The notes under the pieces were generated by a model. That model was not told where the DNA came from. It made no database searches and saw nothing but the letters and a program-made list of their open reading frames with translations. Below are positions 34,468 through 45,165 of a stretch of DNA of 64,000 bases, one piece after another. The DNA is from Anaeromyxobacter sp. (GTDB lineage Bacteria; Myxococcota; Myxococcia; Myxococcales; Anaeromyxobacteraceae). Location of the stretch: positions 1-64,000 of the forward strand of contig JASGJN010000005.1 of assembly GCA_049840735.1 (NCBI GenBank), in the 5' to 3' direction. Within the stretch, counting starts at the first letter, position 1. Each line of letters opens with the position of its first letter. The translations under genes and the position numbers were made by a program.

Positions 34468-35065
34468 CTAGAACAAGCTCTCCGGCACGTACACGATGTC
34501 CCCGGGCTCCAGCGTGAAGTTGGGCGCCTTGCCCAGGGCGATGTCCTGCACGTTGACGCGGATTCTTGGTCTCCGTCCCGCTCACGCGGCGCGTGACCGA
34601 GGTGGAGTTCTGGGCGGCGGTCTTGGTGAAGCCCCCGGCCACGGTGATGGCCTGCACCACCGACATCCCGTCCTGGAACGGGAAGGTGCCGGGCTTCTGG
34701 ACCTCGCCGAAGACGAAGACCTTCTTGGAGTTGTACTCCTTCACCAGCACCGAGACCTGCGGGTCACGCATGAAGCCGTTGACCAGGCAGGCGCGGATGG
34801 CGTCGGCCGCGCCGTTGGGCGTCAGGCCGGCCACCACCACCTTCTTGCACAGCGGGAAGATGACGTCGCCGGCGGGGCCGACCTGGTAGACGCCGGAGAG
34901 CTCGGGCTCCTGGAAGACGCGGACCTCGAAGACGTCGCCCGGCCCCAGCGTGGAGGCCACGGCGGTCTCCGGCCCCGGGGTCACGGAGCTGGCGGGCACG
35001 CCGCTCGGGTGCGTGCAGGCGGCGAGGACGGCGAGCGCGGCGAGGAGGGCGGAGGTCCGGAGCAT
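34468..35065 (-). CDS. Short OPX (Wza-like) polysaccharide export lipoprotein, +1 frameshift at about 34563
   Basis: Lipobox [45 protein letters not shown]; corrected end [14 protein letters not shown]. Confidence 0.9.
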
Positions 35066-35276
35066 GGTGTGGGTGACCGCTCCGTCCTACCGGAGGGCGG
35101 CCGGCCCGTCAACGGCGGGGCCGGGCTGCGCTCGGCGCTGTCTGACGTTTGGGCGTGGGGGCCCCGGCATGTGGCCGGGGGAGGGGGCGTCAGCCCCCTC
35201 GGCGGCGGATAGCGCGCAAGGCCGGAGGCCGCGGCGCGCTCGGCTCCGCCGCAGCAGGGGTGGGGCGCAGCCCCCG

Positions 35277-36527
35277 TCAATACGTCCCGGTGAACCGCAG
35301 CCAGACCTCGTTCTTGTCGTAGTTGTACCCGGGGAGCGCCGCCACGCCGGTGCCGAGGTCCGTGGTTCGCTTGGTGTACGCGTAGCCCAGGCCGGCGCGC
35401 AGCCACCGCGAGAGCTCGGCCTCCACCGACGGCTCCACCTCGAGCAGGTCGGCGCTGGAGGCGGCCACCGAGGGGTAGTCGCGGCGCTCGAAGCTGCCGG
35501 CCAGGCGGGCGGTGTAGCGCGCGCCCAGGAGCGTCCGGGCCTCCAGGTAGAGCCGCTGCGTGGAGTAGCCGGCCCGCTGCCCAGGGTCGAGGCCGACGTC
35601 GCGGACGTAGCCGCCCTTGACGCTGTTGAGCTCGTTGGGGAGCCACTCCACCTCGAGGTTCGCGAGCCAGGTGGAGGCGTCGGCGCCTGCGTCGGTCTTG
35701 GCCTGGCCAAAGCCCGCCTTGGCGGTGCCGGCCACGTGGGTGGAGAACAGGCCGGCCAGGCCGGCCAGGGCCCGGAAGCCGTCGCCATCCGAGGAGGCCA
35801 CGTCGTCGTTGACGCTGCGCGAGAAGTACTCGCCGAAGAGCACGGCCGCGGTGCGGGGCAGGAACTTCCAGCGCAGCTCGAGGTTGCCGGCGTACTCGTT
35901 GTAGCCGAGCTTGGCCAGGTAGTCGGGATCGCAGCCCGGGCCGCCGGTGGCCGGGTCGCAGAGGGCGCCGGAGTAGTACGGCTCGAAGGTCTCCAGCCGC
36001 CAGCTGCCGCCCGGCGTGACCACCAGCGCGCCGCCGCCCGGGCGCCAGGGCACCGAGGCGCTGACCTCGTTGGAGTTGGAGATGACGGCGGTGCCGAGGG
36101 TGAAGGCCTGGGTCGAGGAGGAGCGCCGGAAGGCGTCCTGCAGCAGGAAGGACACCGCGCCGCGCTTGTTGATCCCCAGCCCGAGGGTGGCCGCCCCCTC
36201 CAGCCGGGAGAGGTCGGTGGAGGTGTCGTCCTCCACGCCCAGGTACTGGTTCCAGTCGATGTTCGCGTCCAGGTCGACGCTGGTGAGCTCGCCCGGCGCG
36301 CTCAGCTTCAGGCCGGGGCGGATGTGGAGGATCAGGTCGCCGACCGGCTTCTTGGCCTCGGTGTACTCGACGTTCGAGTCGTAGCGCGACTCGAGCTCCA
36401 GGTACGGATGGAGGACGCCGGTGGTGCCGCCCAGCCGGATCCCATTCCCTGGCGACGCCGCGGCTGGTAGAGCGAGCGCCAGGGCCACCAGGCCCCCCGC
36501 GACACGCCCAGCACTGTTGACCCCCAT
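35277..36527 (-). CDS. Outer-membrane beta-barrel (BBP2/Wzp-like) partner of short OPX
   Basis: Signal peptide; LHPYLELESRYDSNV, alternating amphipathic strands, C-terminal YDKNEVWLRFTGTY; adjacent to OPX gene. Confidence 0.75.
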   Translation of the reverse strand: MGVNSAGRVAGGLVALALALPAAASPGNGIRLGGTTGVLHPYLELESRYDSNVEYTEAKKPVGDLILHIRPGLKLSAPGELTSVDLDANIDWNQYLGVEDDTSTDLSRLEGAATLGLGINKRGAVSFLLQDAFRRSSSTQAFTLGTAVISNSNEVSASVPWRPGGGALVVTPGGSWRLETFEPYYSGALCDPATGGPGCDPDYLAKLGYNEYAGNLELRWKFLPRTAAVLFGEYFSRSVNDDVASSDGDGFRALAGLAGLFSTHVAGTAKAGFGQAKTDAGADASTWLANLEVEWLPNELNSVKGGYVRDVGLDPGQRAGYSTQRLYLEARTLLGARYTARLAGSFERRDYPSVAASSADLLEVEPSVEAELSRWLRAGLGYAYTKRTTDLGTGVAALPGYNYDKNEVWLRFTGTY

Positions 36528-36622
36528 CGACCTCTCCTCTCCAGCTCTGGCGCGCCGGACGACGCGTCCGGACCCGACCCGCCCCGCGGCGCGCGGCCCC
36601 CCGGCCCTTTTCTTCCGTCTGC

Positions 36623-37174
36623 TCAGTAGTAGGCGCTGGCGGCCGGCGGCCGGACCACCGGCGGCGCGGCTGCGGTCGTGGTGGGGGCGGAACGATCCGT
36701 CACGTCACGGTCGGTGATGCCCTCCGGCGCCTGGACCTCGACCTTGGTCTGCTCGTCCACGACGTAGGCGAGCTGGCCGATGCACTTGTCCACCTGCCCG
36801 CGCAGCCCCTCGACCTTGCTGCGGGCGATGACCACGCGCGCGTACTCGGTGTCGGCGGTGGGATCGCGCCGGGAGAGCGCCTCGGTCATGGCCGTCTGCG
36901 CCCGCTCGGCCACCTTGGTGAGCGCCTTCATCTGCGTGAGGTTCTCGTTCACGCAGTTGAGCTTCACCACGTCGCGCTCGTTGCGGGCGTCGTCCACCCG
37001 GCCCTGCGCCTGGTCCACCAGCTTGCGCATGCGGACCATGTGCTCGGCGCTCTTGTCCGCCTTCTCGGCGTCCGGGACCTGCTTCACCGTGCTGGGGCTG
37101 ACCACCGGAGTGGCAGCCACGGCCGGGTGCACCAGGCCGACCAGCAGGGCGATCACGGCGAGAGGGCGAGTCAC
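36623..37174 (-). CDS. Secreted alpha-helical hypothetical protein with a Cys pair
   Basis: Signal peptide AVA-A; ARNERDVVKLNCVNE...VDKCIG; Pro-rich tail. Confidence 0.75.
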   Translation of the reverse strand: MTRPLAVIALLVGLVHPAVAATPVVSPSTVKQVPDAEKADKSAEHMVRMRKLVDQAQGRVDDARNERDVVKLNCVNENLTQMKALTKVAERAQTAMTEALSRRDPTADTEYARVVIARSKVEGLRGQVDKCIGQLAYVVDEQTKVEVQAPEGITDRDVTDRSAPTTTAAAPPVVRPPAASAYY

Positions 37175-37213
37175 GGGCAGCGCTCCGGGCAAGGAAAGAC
37201 GGACAACCTCATG

Positions 37214-37243
37214 ACCCTACTTGGTTTCCAGCCAGGCAGTCAA
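37214..37243 (-). promoter_or_regulatory. Possible sigma-70 promoter for the hypothetical/barrel/OPX genes
   Basis: TTGACT-N18-TAGGGT in a lower-GC gap. Confidence 0.4.
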
Positions 37244-37263
37244 CGCGACAAGCCGTCGGCTGC

Positions 37264-40200
37264 CTACCCCTTTGGTGCCAAAGACACGGGGGCATCCCCC
37301 GGTCCCCCGGGGATCTCGATGTCTTCGGACCCGGTTCGGGCCCATCGGCCACCCCATCGGTCGGGGTGACCTCGCACCGCCAGCGATCCCCGGCCTTCAC
37401 CAGGCGGGGCGGAACGTCCTGGGAGCTCTCGGCGAAGGGCTGCGACACGCCGTTCTTCTGCCAGCTGAACTTGTAGCGGATGGGATCGCGGTCCTCGTCC
37501 TCGCTCCTGGCCGTCACCTCGCAGCGCAGCGCCTGGCCGGCGCGGGCCGGCGAGGGGCCCAGGCGGACCCGGGCGGGCCCAGGGGGGGTGTTCTCCACGG
37601 CCCGGTCGGCGTGGGCGGCCGGCGCGCTGGCCTGGCCGTCGCTGGCCGTCACCGTGCACCGCCACTTCTCGCCCTTGGCGATGCGGCTGGCCTCGACCCG
37701 GGCCGGGTCGGCCCCGGGCTGCGCCGCCTTGCCGTCGCGGGTCCAGGCGTAGGTGTAGGTGAGCGGATCGCCGTCGGCGTCGGTGGAGGCGGTCGCCACG
37801 CGGCAGTCGAGCGCGTCGCCGCGGCGCGGGCGCTCGGGCTCGACCTGCACCAGCGGCGCGGTGGGCGGCGTGTTGCGGATCACCACCTCGCCCACGGCGC
37901 GCGGGCTCTCCGCCGCGCCATCGCCGGCCCAGGCCTCGCAGCGCCACTTCTCGCCGTGCTTCACCAGCCCGGAGGGCAGCGTGGGCTGGTCCTCCGCCAC
38001 CGGCACCGGCGTGCCGTCGCGCGACCACCGGTAGCTGAGCGTGATGGGCTCGCCGTCCACGTCGGTCTGCGGCGCCTTGAGCTGGCAGACCAGCGGCGCG
38101 CCCACCGCCGGGCCGTCGGGCAGGAGCGTCAGCGCGGGCGCGGCCGGGGGCGTGTTGCGGATGGTGGTGGTGGCCACCACGCGCTCGCCCTCCGCCTCGC
38201 CGTCGAAGGGCGTGGCCTCGAGGCGCCAGGTCTCGCCGTGACGCACGGTGGACGCGGGGATGGTGGCCCCCTCGAACGGCACCGGCAGCCCGTCGCGGAA
38301 CCAGGCGTAGCGGTACGTGACGGCGTCGCCGTCGCGGTCCGGCGCCGGCTTGCGGAGCGACACCTGGAGGCCGGTGCGCGCCACCGCCTCGGCCGGCTCC
38401 AGCGCGATGACCGGGGCGCCGGGCGGCGTGTTCCGCACCTCGCACTCGGTGGAGACCGGCGGGCCCACCAGCTCGCCGTCCCAGGGCGTGACCACCACCT
38501 GGATCAGGTCGTGCTTGCGGGCGTTGCCCGGGAACCGGAACTGGCCGGCGGCGGCGGTGACCGGCTTGCCGTTCACGTTCCAGACGGTCCGGTAGGAGAC
38601 GCCGTCGCCGTCGGGATCGACCGAGGGGCGCGTCACCCGCAGCTCCGGGACCGCGCCGGAGGGGATGGGGCCGTCGGTGCAGAGCGCCAGCTCGGCCGGG
38701 CCGGGCGGCGTGCCCAGCACGCGCACCTCGGCGCGCGCGGGCGGGCTCTCCGCCTCGCCGTCGCCGGCCACCACCTCCACCGCCCAGCGCTCGCCCTTGC
38801 GCGGCGTGCCGCGCGGGATCTGCCCCTGGTCGGCGGGCGCGTCGAAGGGCTGGCCGTCGCGGAACCAGCGGTAGCGGTAGGTGATGACGTCGCCGTCGGC
38901 GTCCGGCGCCTGCTGGCCGCGCACGGCCAGGCCGTCCACCCGGCGCGGCTGCGCCGGCGCGAAGGCCAGCCGGGGCGGCGCCGGCGGGGTGTTGAGCACG
39001 GTGACGGCGGCGCGGGCGGGCGGCCCGTGCACCTCGCCGTCGAAGGCCTCGACCTCCACCTCCCAGCGCTGCCCCTTGACCAGCTGGGCGGCCGGCACCT
39101 GCGTGCTGTTGGTCCAGTAGGGCGGCTGGCGCGAGGCCTCGGTGCCGTCCTCGACCGGCACCGGCACGCCGTCGCGCCACCAGCGGTAGCGGTAGCTGAG
39201 CGCGTCGCCGTCGGCGTCCTGCGCCGCCGCCCTGAGCGCCACCTGGAGCGGCGCCGCCACGGTGGGCTTCGGGTCGGAGAAGGCGATCACCGGCGCGGTG
39301 GGGGGCGCGTCCTCGATCACGATCTCGTCGGAGATGGCAGGGCCGTCGTCGGTGCCGTCGCGCGGCGTGAGGGTGACGCGGATCCGCTGGTGCTTGCGGA
39401 GCGCGGTGGCGGGCAGGTCGTAGGCGCCCACCCGGTCCGGCAGCCCCTGGCCCCCGCGCGACCAGGTCACGCCCAGGGAGACCGCGTCGCCGTCCGCGTC
39501 CTTGCCCGGCTCCTGCACCACCAGCTTGACCGGCTCCCCGCCGCGCGGGCGGCGCGGCTCCAAGGCGATCCGCGGCGGGACCGGGGGCGTGTTGCCCACC
39601 TGCACCGAGGCGGTGGCGGGCGGCCCCTCCACCTCGCCGTCGCTGGCCACCACGGTGACCTCGAACCGGTCGCCGCGGGTGACCGCCGCGGCCGGCACCA
39701 CCCGACCGCCCTCGGCCGCGCCGGTGAAGGGCTGGCCGTTGCGGGTCCAGGTGAAGCGGTAGGTCACGGGATCGGCGTCGTCGTCCGCCGCCGGCGCGGT
39801 CACCACCGCGCGCAGCGGCTGGCCGCGCCGCGGCAGCGCCGGCGCGATGGCCACGGCCGGCACGCCCGGCGGCGTGTTGACCGCCACCACCTCGGCGGTG
39901 GCCGGCGGCCCCTCGGCCTCGCCGTCGAAGGCCCGGATCTCCACCTGGACCTGCTGCTTCTTGGCGAAGAGGCCGGCCGGCAGCTCGGAGAGCGCGGCGG
40001 CCAGGTTGAGCGGCCGCCCGGCCACGATCCACCGGTAGTGATAGGAGAGCGCGTCGCCGTCCACGTCCTCGGCGGGCGTGGCCACGCGGGCCCGCACCGG
40101 CACGGTGCGGCGCGGGGAGGCCGGCTCCACCGCCGCGACCGGCGTGCCCGGCGCGGTGTTGCCCACCCGGACCTGGACCAGCGTGGAGGGGCCGGAGAGC

Positions 40201-41951
40201 TCGCCGTCGCTGGCGGTGACGCGGGCCCCCACCAGCGCGCCCTTCTTCAGCTTGGCGCCCGGCAGCGTGTCGCCCTCGACGCCCAGCGGCAGGCCGTCCA
40301 GCAGCCACTCGATGCGGTAGGTGACCGCGTCGCCGTCGGGGTCGGCCGCGGCCCGGGTGACGGTGGCCTTCACCTGCCCCGAGCGCAGCGGGCGCTCCGG
40401 GCTGACCGAGACCTCGGGCGCGCCCGGGGCGGTGTCGCGCACCTGCACCAGCGGCCCCTCGATGGCCGGGCCGCCGGCGGGCGCGCGCAGCACGAACCGC
40501 CAGCGCTCGCCCTTCCTCGCGGTGCCGGGGGGCAGCTCGCGCTTGCCCTCCAGCGCGGCCACCGGCTGTCCGTCGCGGAGCCACTCGATCCTCGGCGCCG
40601 GGGCCGACTCCCCCGCCGGCGCGTCCAGCCAGACGCCGCGCCAGCCGGCGCGGAGCGTGTCGCCCACCGCCGGCCCGGACGGCTCCAGCCGCAGGTCCTT
40701 GTAGGTGGGCGGGTTGGGGCCGAAGCGGCCGGAGCGGGCGGCGTCGCGCCCCGGGCCGGCCCAGGGGATGGCCGTGGCCGCGGCGCCGGGGTGGGCGGAG
40801 CGGACCGCCTGCACGTCGCCGCCGGGCAGGCCCACGAAGATGGTCGGGGTCCCGTCGCCGGCCACGTCGGCCAGCAGCGGGCTGGCGGTGACCTCGGCGC
40901 CGCCCAGCGCGGCCGGGAAGCCGTCCAGCGGGGCGCCGGTGCGCGAGAGCGCGACCACGCTGCCGTCGGTGGTGACCGCCACCACGTCCAGCTGCCCGTC
41001 GCGATCCAGGTCGCCGACGGCCACGCCGCCGAAGACCCGGCCGCCCACCTTGGCGGGGAAGCCCGGCAGCGCCCGGCCGCCGCGCCCCACCGCGTAGAGC
41101 GCGCCGTCGGCCGAGGCGAAGAGCACGTCCAGCCGGCCGTCGCCGTCCAGGTCGGCCACCGCGGGCGACTCGTAGATGCGGTAGCTGGCCGCCACCGGGA
41201 ACCCCTGCAGCGGCTGGCCGCGGGCGTTGACCGCGTAGAGCGAGAAGTCCTGGCTGCCCACCACCACGTCCAGCGCGCCGTCGTCGTCCAGGTCGGCGAA
41301 GACCGGCGCGCCGGTCACGGCGAAGCGCGTGACCAGCGGGAAGCCCGGCAGCGCCTTGCCGGCGCGGTCCACCACCACCACGCGCCCGTCCTCGCAGCCG
41401 AAGGCCAGCACGCGGGCGGGGCCCAGCTGCGCGGAGGCCACCGGGCTGGTCACCGGCCGGCCCAGGGCCAGCGGGAAGCCCTTGGCCTCGGCGCCGTTCC
41501 GGCGGAGGGCGTGCACGCGCCCGCGCACGTCGCCCACCACCAGCTCCGGCCGGCCGTCGCCGTCCACGTCGGCGAAGGAGGGGCCGGCCTTCGCCGCGGC
41601 GCCCAGCGAGACCGGCCAGCCGGCCGGGGCGCCGCCGCTCCACAGGAAGGCGCGGCCGGCGCTGGTCACGACCGCCAGCTCCGGGCGCCCGTCGCCGTCC
41701 ATGTCCGCCGCCGCCGGCGCGCCGACGGTGGCCTCGCCGGCCGCCAGCGCGGGCAGCACCAGCGGCAGGCCGGCCGGCGTGGAGCCGTCGGGCCGCAGCG
41801 CGGTGAGCCGGTCCCCGGCCGCCACCACCACGGCCGGCGCGCCCCCCAGCTGCACCACGACGGCGGGGGCGCCGACGCGGCCGCCCACCTCCCGCGGGTA
41901 GTTCGAGAGCGCACCCGCGGTGAGGGCGAAGGCCAGCAGGATGCCGTTCAT
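37264..41951 (-). CDS. Giant secreted protein: FG-GAP/VCBS propeller + 12 tandem Ig-like repeats; probable 1-nt deletion at about 37340
   Basis: Signal peptide; ADxDGDG.. and GFP repeats; 12 units of about 95-100 aa, mostly beginning NTPP/NTAP, with DxDGD, YxW and DG motifs; likely true end GSEDIEIPGGPGDAPVSLAPKG*. Confidence 0.85.
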
Positions 41952-41967
41952 GGGGTCGTCTTCCGGA

Positions 41968-42417
41968 TCAGGCGAGCCGCGCCAGCCGGTCGCTGGTGTC
42001 GCGGAGGCGGTGGGAGAGGATGCGCGCGATGTTGATCACCACGAAGGTGAAGCCGTCGCGGGAGCGCTTGCGGAAGGCGGTGAAGGCCTCGGCGGTCAGC
42101 TCCAGCGTCTCGCACGCGGTGCGGGCCCGGACCGCGGCCGAGCGGGCCTCGCGATCGACCAGGCCCATCTCGCCGAACGAGTCGGGCGCGGCCAGGGCGG
42201 CCAGGACCTTGTCGCCGGCCGGGGTCGGGTGCAGCACCTCGACCTCGCCCGCGCCGAGCACGAACAGCGACACGGCCGGCGAGCCGGCCTCGAAGATGGT
42301 CTCCCCGGCCGCGAAGTCGCGCGGCCGGCAGAGCTCGGCCAGCGCGCCCAGCTCGGCCGGGCTGAGGAGCTCGAAGAGGGGCGACCGGCGCAGGGTCTCC
42401 ACCGCGTCCACGATCAT
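41968..42417 (-). CDS. Stand-alone cyclic nucleotide-binding domain protein
   Basis: LRRSPLF..L, GETIF.AG, GEVEV, SFGEMGL..REARSAAVRA; no HTH. Confidence 0.88.
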   Translation of the reverse strand: MIVDAVETLRRSPLFELLSPAELGALAELCRPRDFAAGETIFEAGSPAVSLFVLGAGEVEVLHPTPAGDKVLAALAAPDSFGEMGLVDREARSAAVRARTACETLELTAEAFTAFRKRSRDGFTFVVINIARILSHRLRDTSDRLARLA

Positions 42418-43454
42418 GGCTCCTCCCTCCCCTGCCCTGCCGGCTCGGGCGCCGCGTGGCGCGCGCCCAGGAAGTACTCGTCGAAGCGGCGGTCGCCGGC
42501 CTCCAGCGTCAGCGCCAGCCCCTCGCGCGCCGGCTCCAGCTGCGCGACGCCGCGGCTCCGCCCCACGGTGTAGATCTCCAGCGGCTTCACCGGCAGCGCG
42601 CCGCCCTCCGGCTCGGTGCCCAGCGCCACGGCGAAGGCGGCCCGCTGGTCCTCGCGGTGGCGCCAGTAGAGGAACAGGTCGCCGGCCACGCAGCCGAACC
42701 GCTCGCGCGCCGCGCCCAGCAGGCCGGCCCGCGTGCGCTCGGCTTCGGCCACCGCGCGCCCGGCCTCCTCGGCCTCGGCCCGGAGCTGGCGGGCCCGGCC
42801 GCGCCGCTCCTCGGCCTCCTTGAAGAGCCGCTCCGCGTCGCGCCGCGCGCGGCGGGAGGCGATGGCGTGCTCGGCGGAGAGGAGCGACCGCTCGAAGCTG
42901 CGGGCCCAGGCGGCCTCCACCTCGTCCCAGAGCCGCGCCCGCTTGCGATCCTCCTGGCCGTACTCCTCCTGCAGCGCCTGCTGCTGCCGCTCGGCGGCGC
43001 GCAGGGCGGCCTCCGCGGTGGCGCGCGCCTTCTCGCCGTCGGCGCCGCGGGGGCCGGGCGAGGGCTGCGGCGCGGGCAGCCCGGCCAGGGCCTCGCGGCG
43101 CACCTCGACGGTCCGCTCCGCGCCGCCCAGCCGGTACCAGAGGTCGGAGGTGCGGAAGCGCTGCTCCTCGAAGCTGCCCACCCGCTCCAGCGCCCGGTTC
43201 TCCTGGGACTGGGCGTCGGCGGTCGCGTGCGCCGCCTCGTCCTCGGCCGCGCCGGCGGCGGAGAAGGCGTCGATGGCCGACCGCTGCGCCACCTCGGCGC
43301 GCAGCTCCATCAGCTGCCCCTGCGCGGTGAGGTCCTCGTGGCGCGCGCGCGCCTCGCGCAGCCCGGCGGTGGCCGCCACCAGCTCCTCCCACCAGCCGTG
43401 GAAGGCAGGGCTTGCGAGGAGCTCGCGGAGCTCGCTCAACCGGACGGCGTGCAT
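42414..43454 (-). CDS. Coiled-coil hypothetical protein with small C-terminal globular domain
   Basis: GAGGAGG RBS; E/R/A-rich helical composition; ATGA overlap with the cNMP gene. Confidence 0.75.
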   Translation of the reverse strand: MHAVRLSELRELLASPAFHGWWEELVAATAGLREARARHEDLTAQGQLMELRAEVAQRSAIDAFSAAGAAEDEAAHATADAQSQENRALERVGSFEEQRFRTSDLWYRLGGAERTVEVRREALAGLPAPQPSPGPRGADGEKARATAEAALRAAERQQQALQEEYGQEDRKRARLWDEVEAAWARSFERSLLSAEHAIASRRARRDAERLFKEAEERRGRARQLRAEAEEAGRAVAEAERTRAGLLGAARERFGCVAGDLFLYWRHREDQRAAFAVALGTEPEGGALPVKPLEIYTVGRSRGVAQLEPAREGLALTLEAGDRRFDEYFLGARHAAPEPAGQGREEP

Positions 43455-43503
43455 CGCGACACCTCCTCGCGGGGGCATCGCCCCGCCTGCGCGCGCTTCG
43501 TCC

Positions 43504-44850
43504 TCAGTTCGCGGGCGAGAAGACGAACGGGTACTCGACGGTGACCGGGCCCTCCGGGCGGAACTGGGTCCGCCAGGTGCGCATGGCGCCGGTGATGCAT
43601 GTGGCCACGTCCTGCGAGCCGAGCGAGTTCACCACCACCGTGATGTCGGAGATGCCGCCCGTCTCCAGGATGGTGAACCGGATGGTCAGCTTGCCCTTGA
43701 GCGCCGGGTTGCGCTTGAGCGCGTTCTCGTAGCAGGCCTTGATGAGCCCCATGCGCGCGCGGACGAAGGCGCCCAGCTTGCCCTGGTCGATCTCGGCCGA
43801 GTCGATCTCGGCGTCCTCGGCCTGGACCGCGCCGGAGACCTTCACGTCGCTCTTGGCGCCGTACCCGACCGCGTTGCCGCCGCCGCCGCTGGTGGCGAGG
43901 CTGCCGATGGAGGCCGCCTGGCCCTGGCCGCCGCCCTTGCGGCCGCCGCCGGCGCCCGGGTCGGTGGCCACGGCCACGCCGCCCGCGCCGGCCAGCGCCG
44001 TCGCCACGTCGCCCGCGCCGCCGCCGTTGCCGAACACGTCGGCCACCGCGCCCTGGCCGGTGCCGGGGCCCAGGGCGCCCAGCACCTTGAGGATGCCCTT
44101 GGACTGGACCGCCTTCACCGCCGCGGCCTGGCGCGCCGCCTTGCTGGCCGCGGCCTGCTCCGGGGTCTCGGAGGCGGCCGGCTTCTTCTCCGGCTTCTTC
44201 TCCTCCACCTTGGCCTCGGTGGCGACCTCGGGCTTCTTCTCCTCCGCCTGCGGCACGGGCGGCTGCCGGTCGGGGATGAGCACGCGCGCGTAGCGGTCGG
44301 GGATGTCCTCGAGCGTCAGGTCCTCGGTGACCTTGGCGCTGGCCAGCACCGCGTACAGCGCGGCGTGGCCCAGCATGGAGCAGAGCAGGACCGTGGAGAA
44401 GAGCCGGTCCATGGAGCGGAACCGGTTCTTCTTGGCCTCGCGCGGCAGGACCGGGCGCGGCGACTCGGGGGGCGGGGTGACGAACTGCCAGAGCACCGTC
44501 ACGTCGCCCAGCACCAGCTTGCCGCGCTGGTCGTCGTTGACCGCCACTGAGAAGGTGCCGGCGGCCGCAGGGCGGGCGCGCTTCTGCGCCACCAGCGCGG
44601 CCAGGTCGGCCTCGCCGCCGGGGCCCTGCACGCGCCCCTCGGCGCCGGCCGGGAACTGCAGCTGGTAGCGGTCGCCGCCCCAGGTGAACAGCGTCAGCGT
44701 GGCCGGCAGCGCGGCGTCCGGCACGGCGATGCTGTTCTTCGGGGAGGTCCCCAGCGTCACCGGCTGCCGGGGCTGGAGGATCCGCTCCTCGGCGATCTTG
44801 CCGCCCCGGATGACGCCGATGCGGAGAACCTTGATCTGCTGAGCCGCCAT
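43504..44850 (-). CDS. GltG/PglI-like inner-membrane TonB-C domain protein
   Basis: Cytoplasmic N-domain, one TM helix, K/E/P-rich linker, Gly-rich stretch, IKACYENALKRNP.LKGKL..RFTI...V.YPFVF C-domain. Confidence 0.85.
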   Translation of the reverse strand: MAAQQIKVLRIGVIRGGKIAEERILQPRQPVTLGTSPKNSIAVPDAALPATLTLFTWGGDRYQLQFPAGAEGRVQGPGGEADLAALVAQKRARPAAAGTFSVAVNDDQRGKLVLGDVTVLWQFVTPPPESPRPVLPREAKKNRFRSMDRLFSTVLLCSMLGHAALYAVLASAKVTEDLTLEDIPDRYARVLIPDRQPPVPQAEEKKPEVATEAKVEEKKPEKKPAASETPEQAAASKAARQAAAVKAVQSKGILKVLGALGPGTGQGAVADVFGNGGGAGDVATALAGAGGVAVATDPGAGGGRKGGGQGQAASIGSLATSGGGGNAVGYGAKSDVKVSGAVQAEDAEIDSAEIDQGKLGAFVRARMGLIKACYENALKRNPALKGKLTIRFTILETGGISDITVVVNSLGSQDVATCITGAMRTWRTQFRPEGPVTVEYPFVFSPAN

Positions 44851-44874
44851 CGCGTTTCCCGCCTCGTGCCCGCC

Positions 44875-45165
44875 CTAGAACGGGTCCTTCTCGACCGCGC
44901 TCTTGACCTCGGAGACGAACGACTCGGACCGGTCTCTCTCTTCGCCAGCGTTCACGTTGGCCCGCGGCATGAGGAACATCGCCTGGGGCTTCTGGACCCT
45001 GCCTTCGACCTTCAGCTCCTCGACGCGGAGGACCTTCCTCTGCGCCGCCTTGCGCTGCGCCCCGGCCTGGGCCGGCTTGCCCGCCGCCGACTGTGCCCAC
45101 GCGGGGGACGCGACGATGGTTAGCACGGCGGCCGAGAGCGCCACAAGCAGCCGGATCTCCTTCAT
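44875..45165 (-). CDS. GltF/CglF-like small secreted protein
   Basis: Signal peptide; KVEGRVQKPQA, ESFV..V..AV.KDPF. Confidence 0.8.
   Translation of the reverse strand: MKEIRLLVALSAAVLTIVASPAWAQSAAGKPAQAGAQRKAAQRKVLRVEELKVEGRVQKPQAMFLMPRANVNAGEERDRSESFVSEVKSAVEKDPF

Noticed and set aside
37264..40720. Periodic DNA similarity (about 290 bp) resembling a repeat array or CRISPR
   Set aside because: The periodicity is degenerate protein-domain repetition within one ORF; there are no identical repeats with unique spacers and no cas genes.
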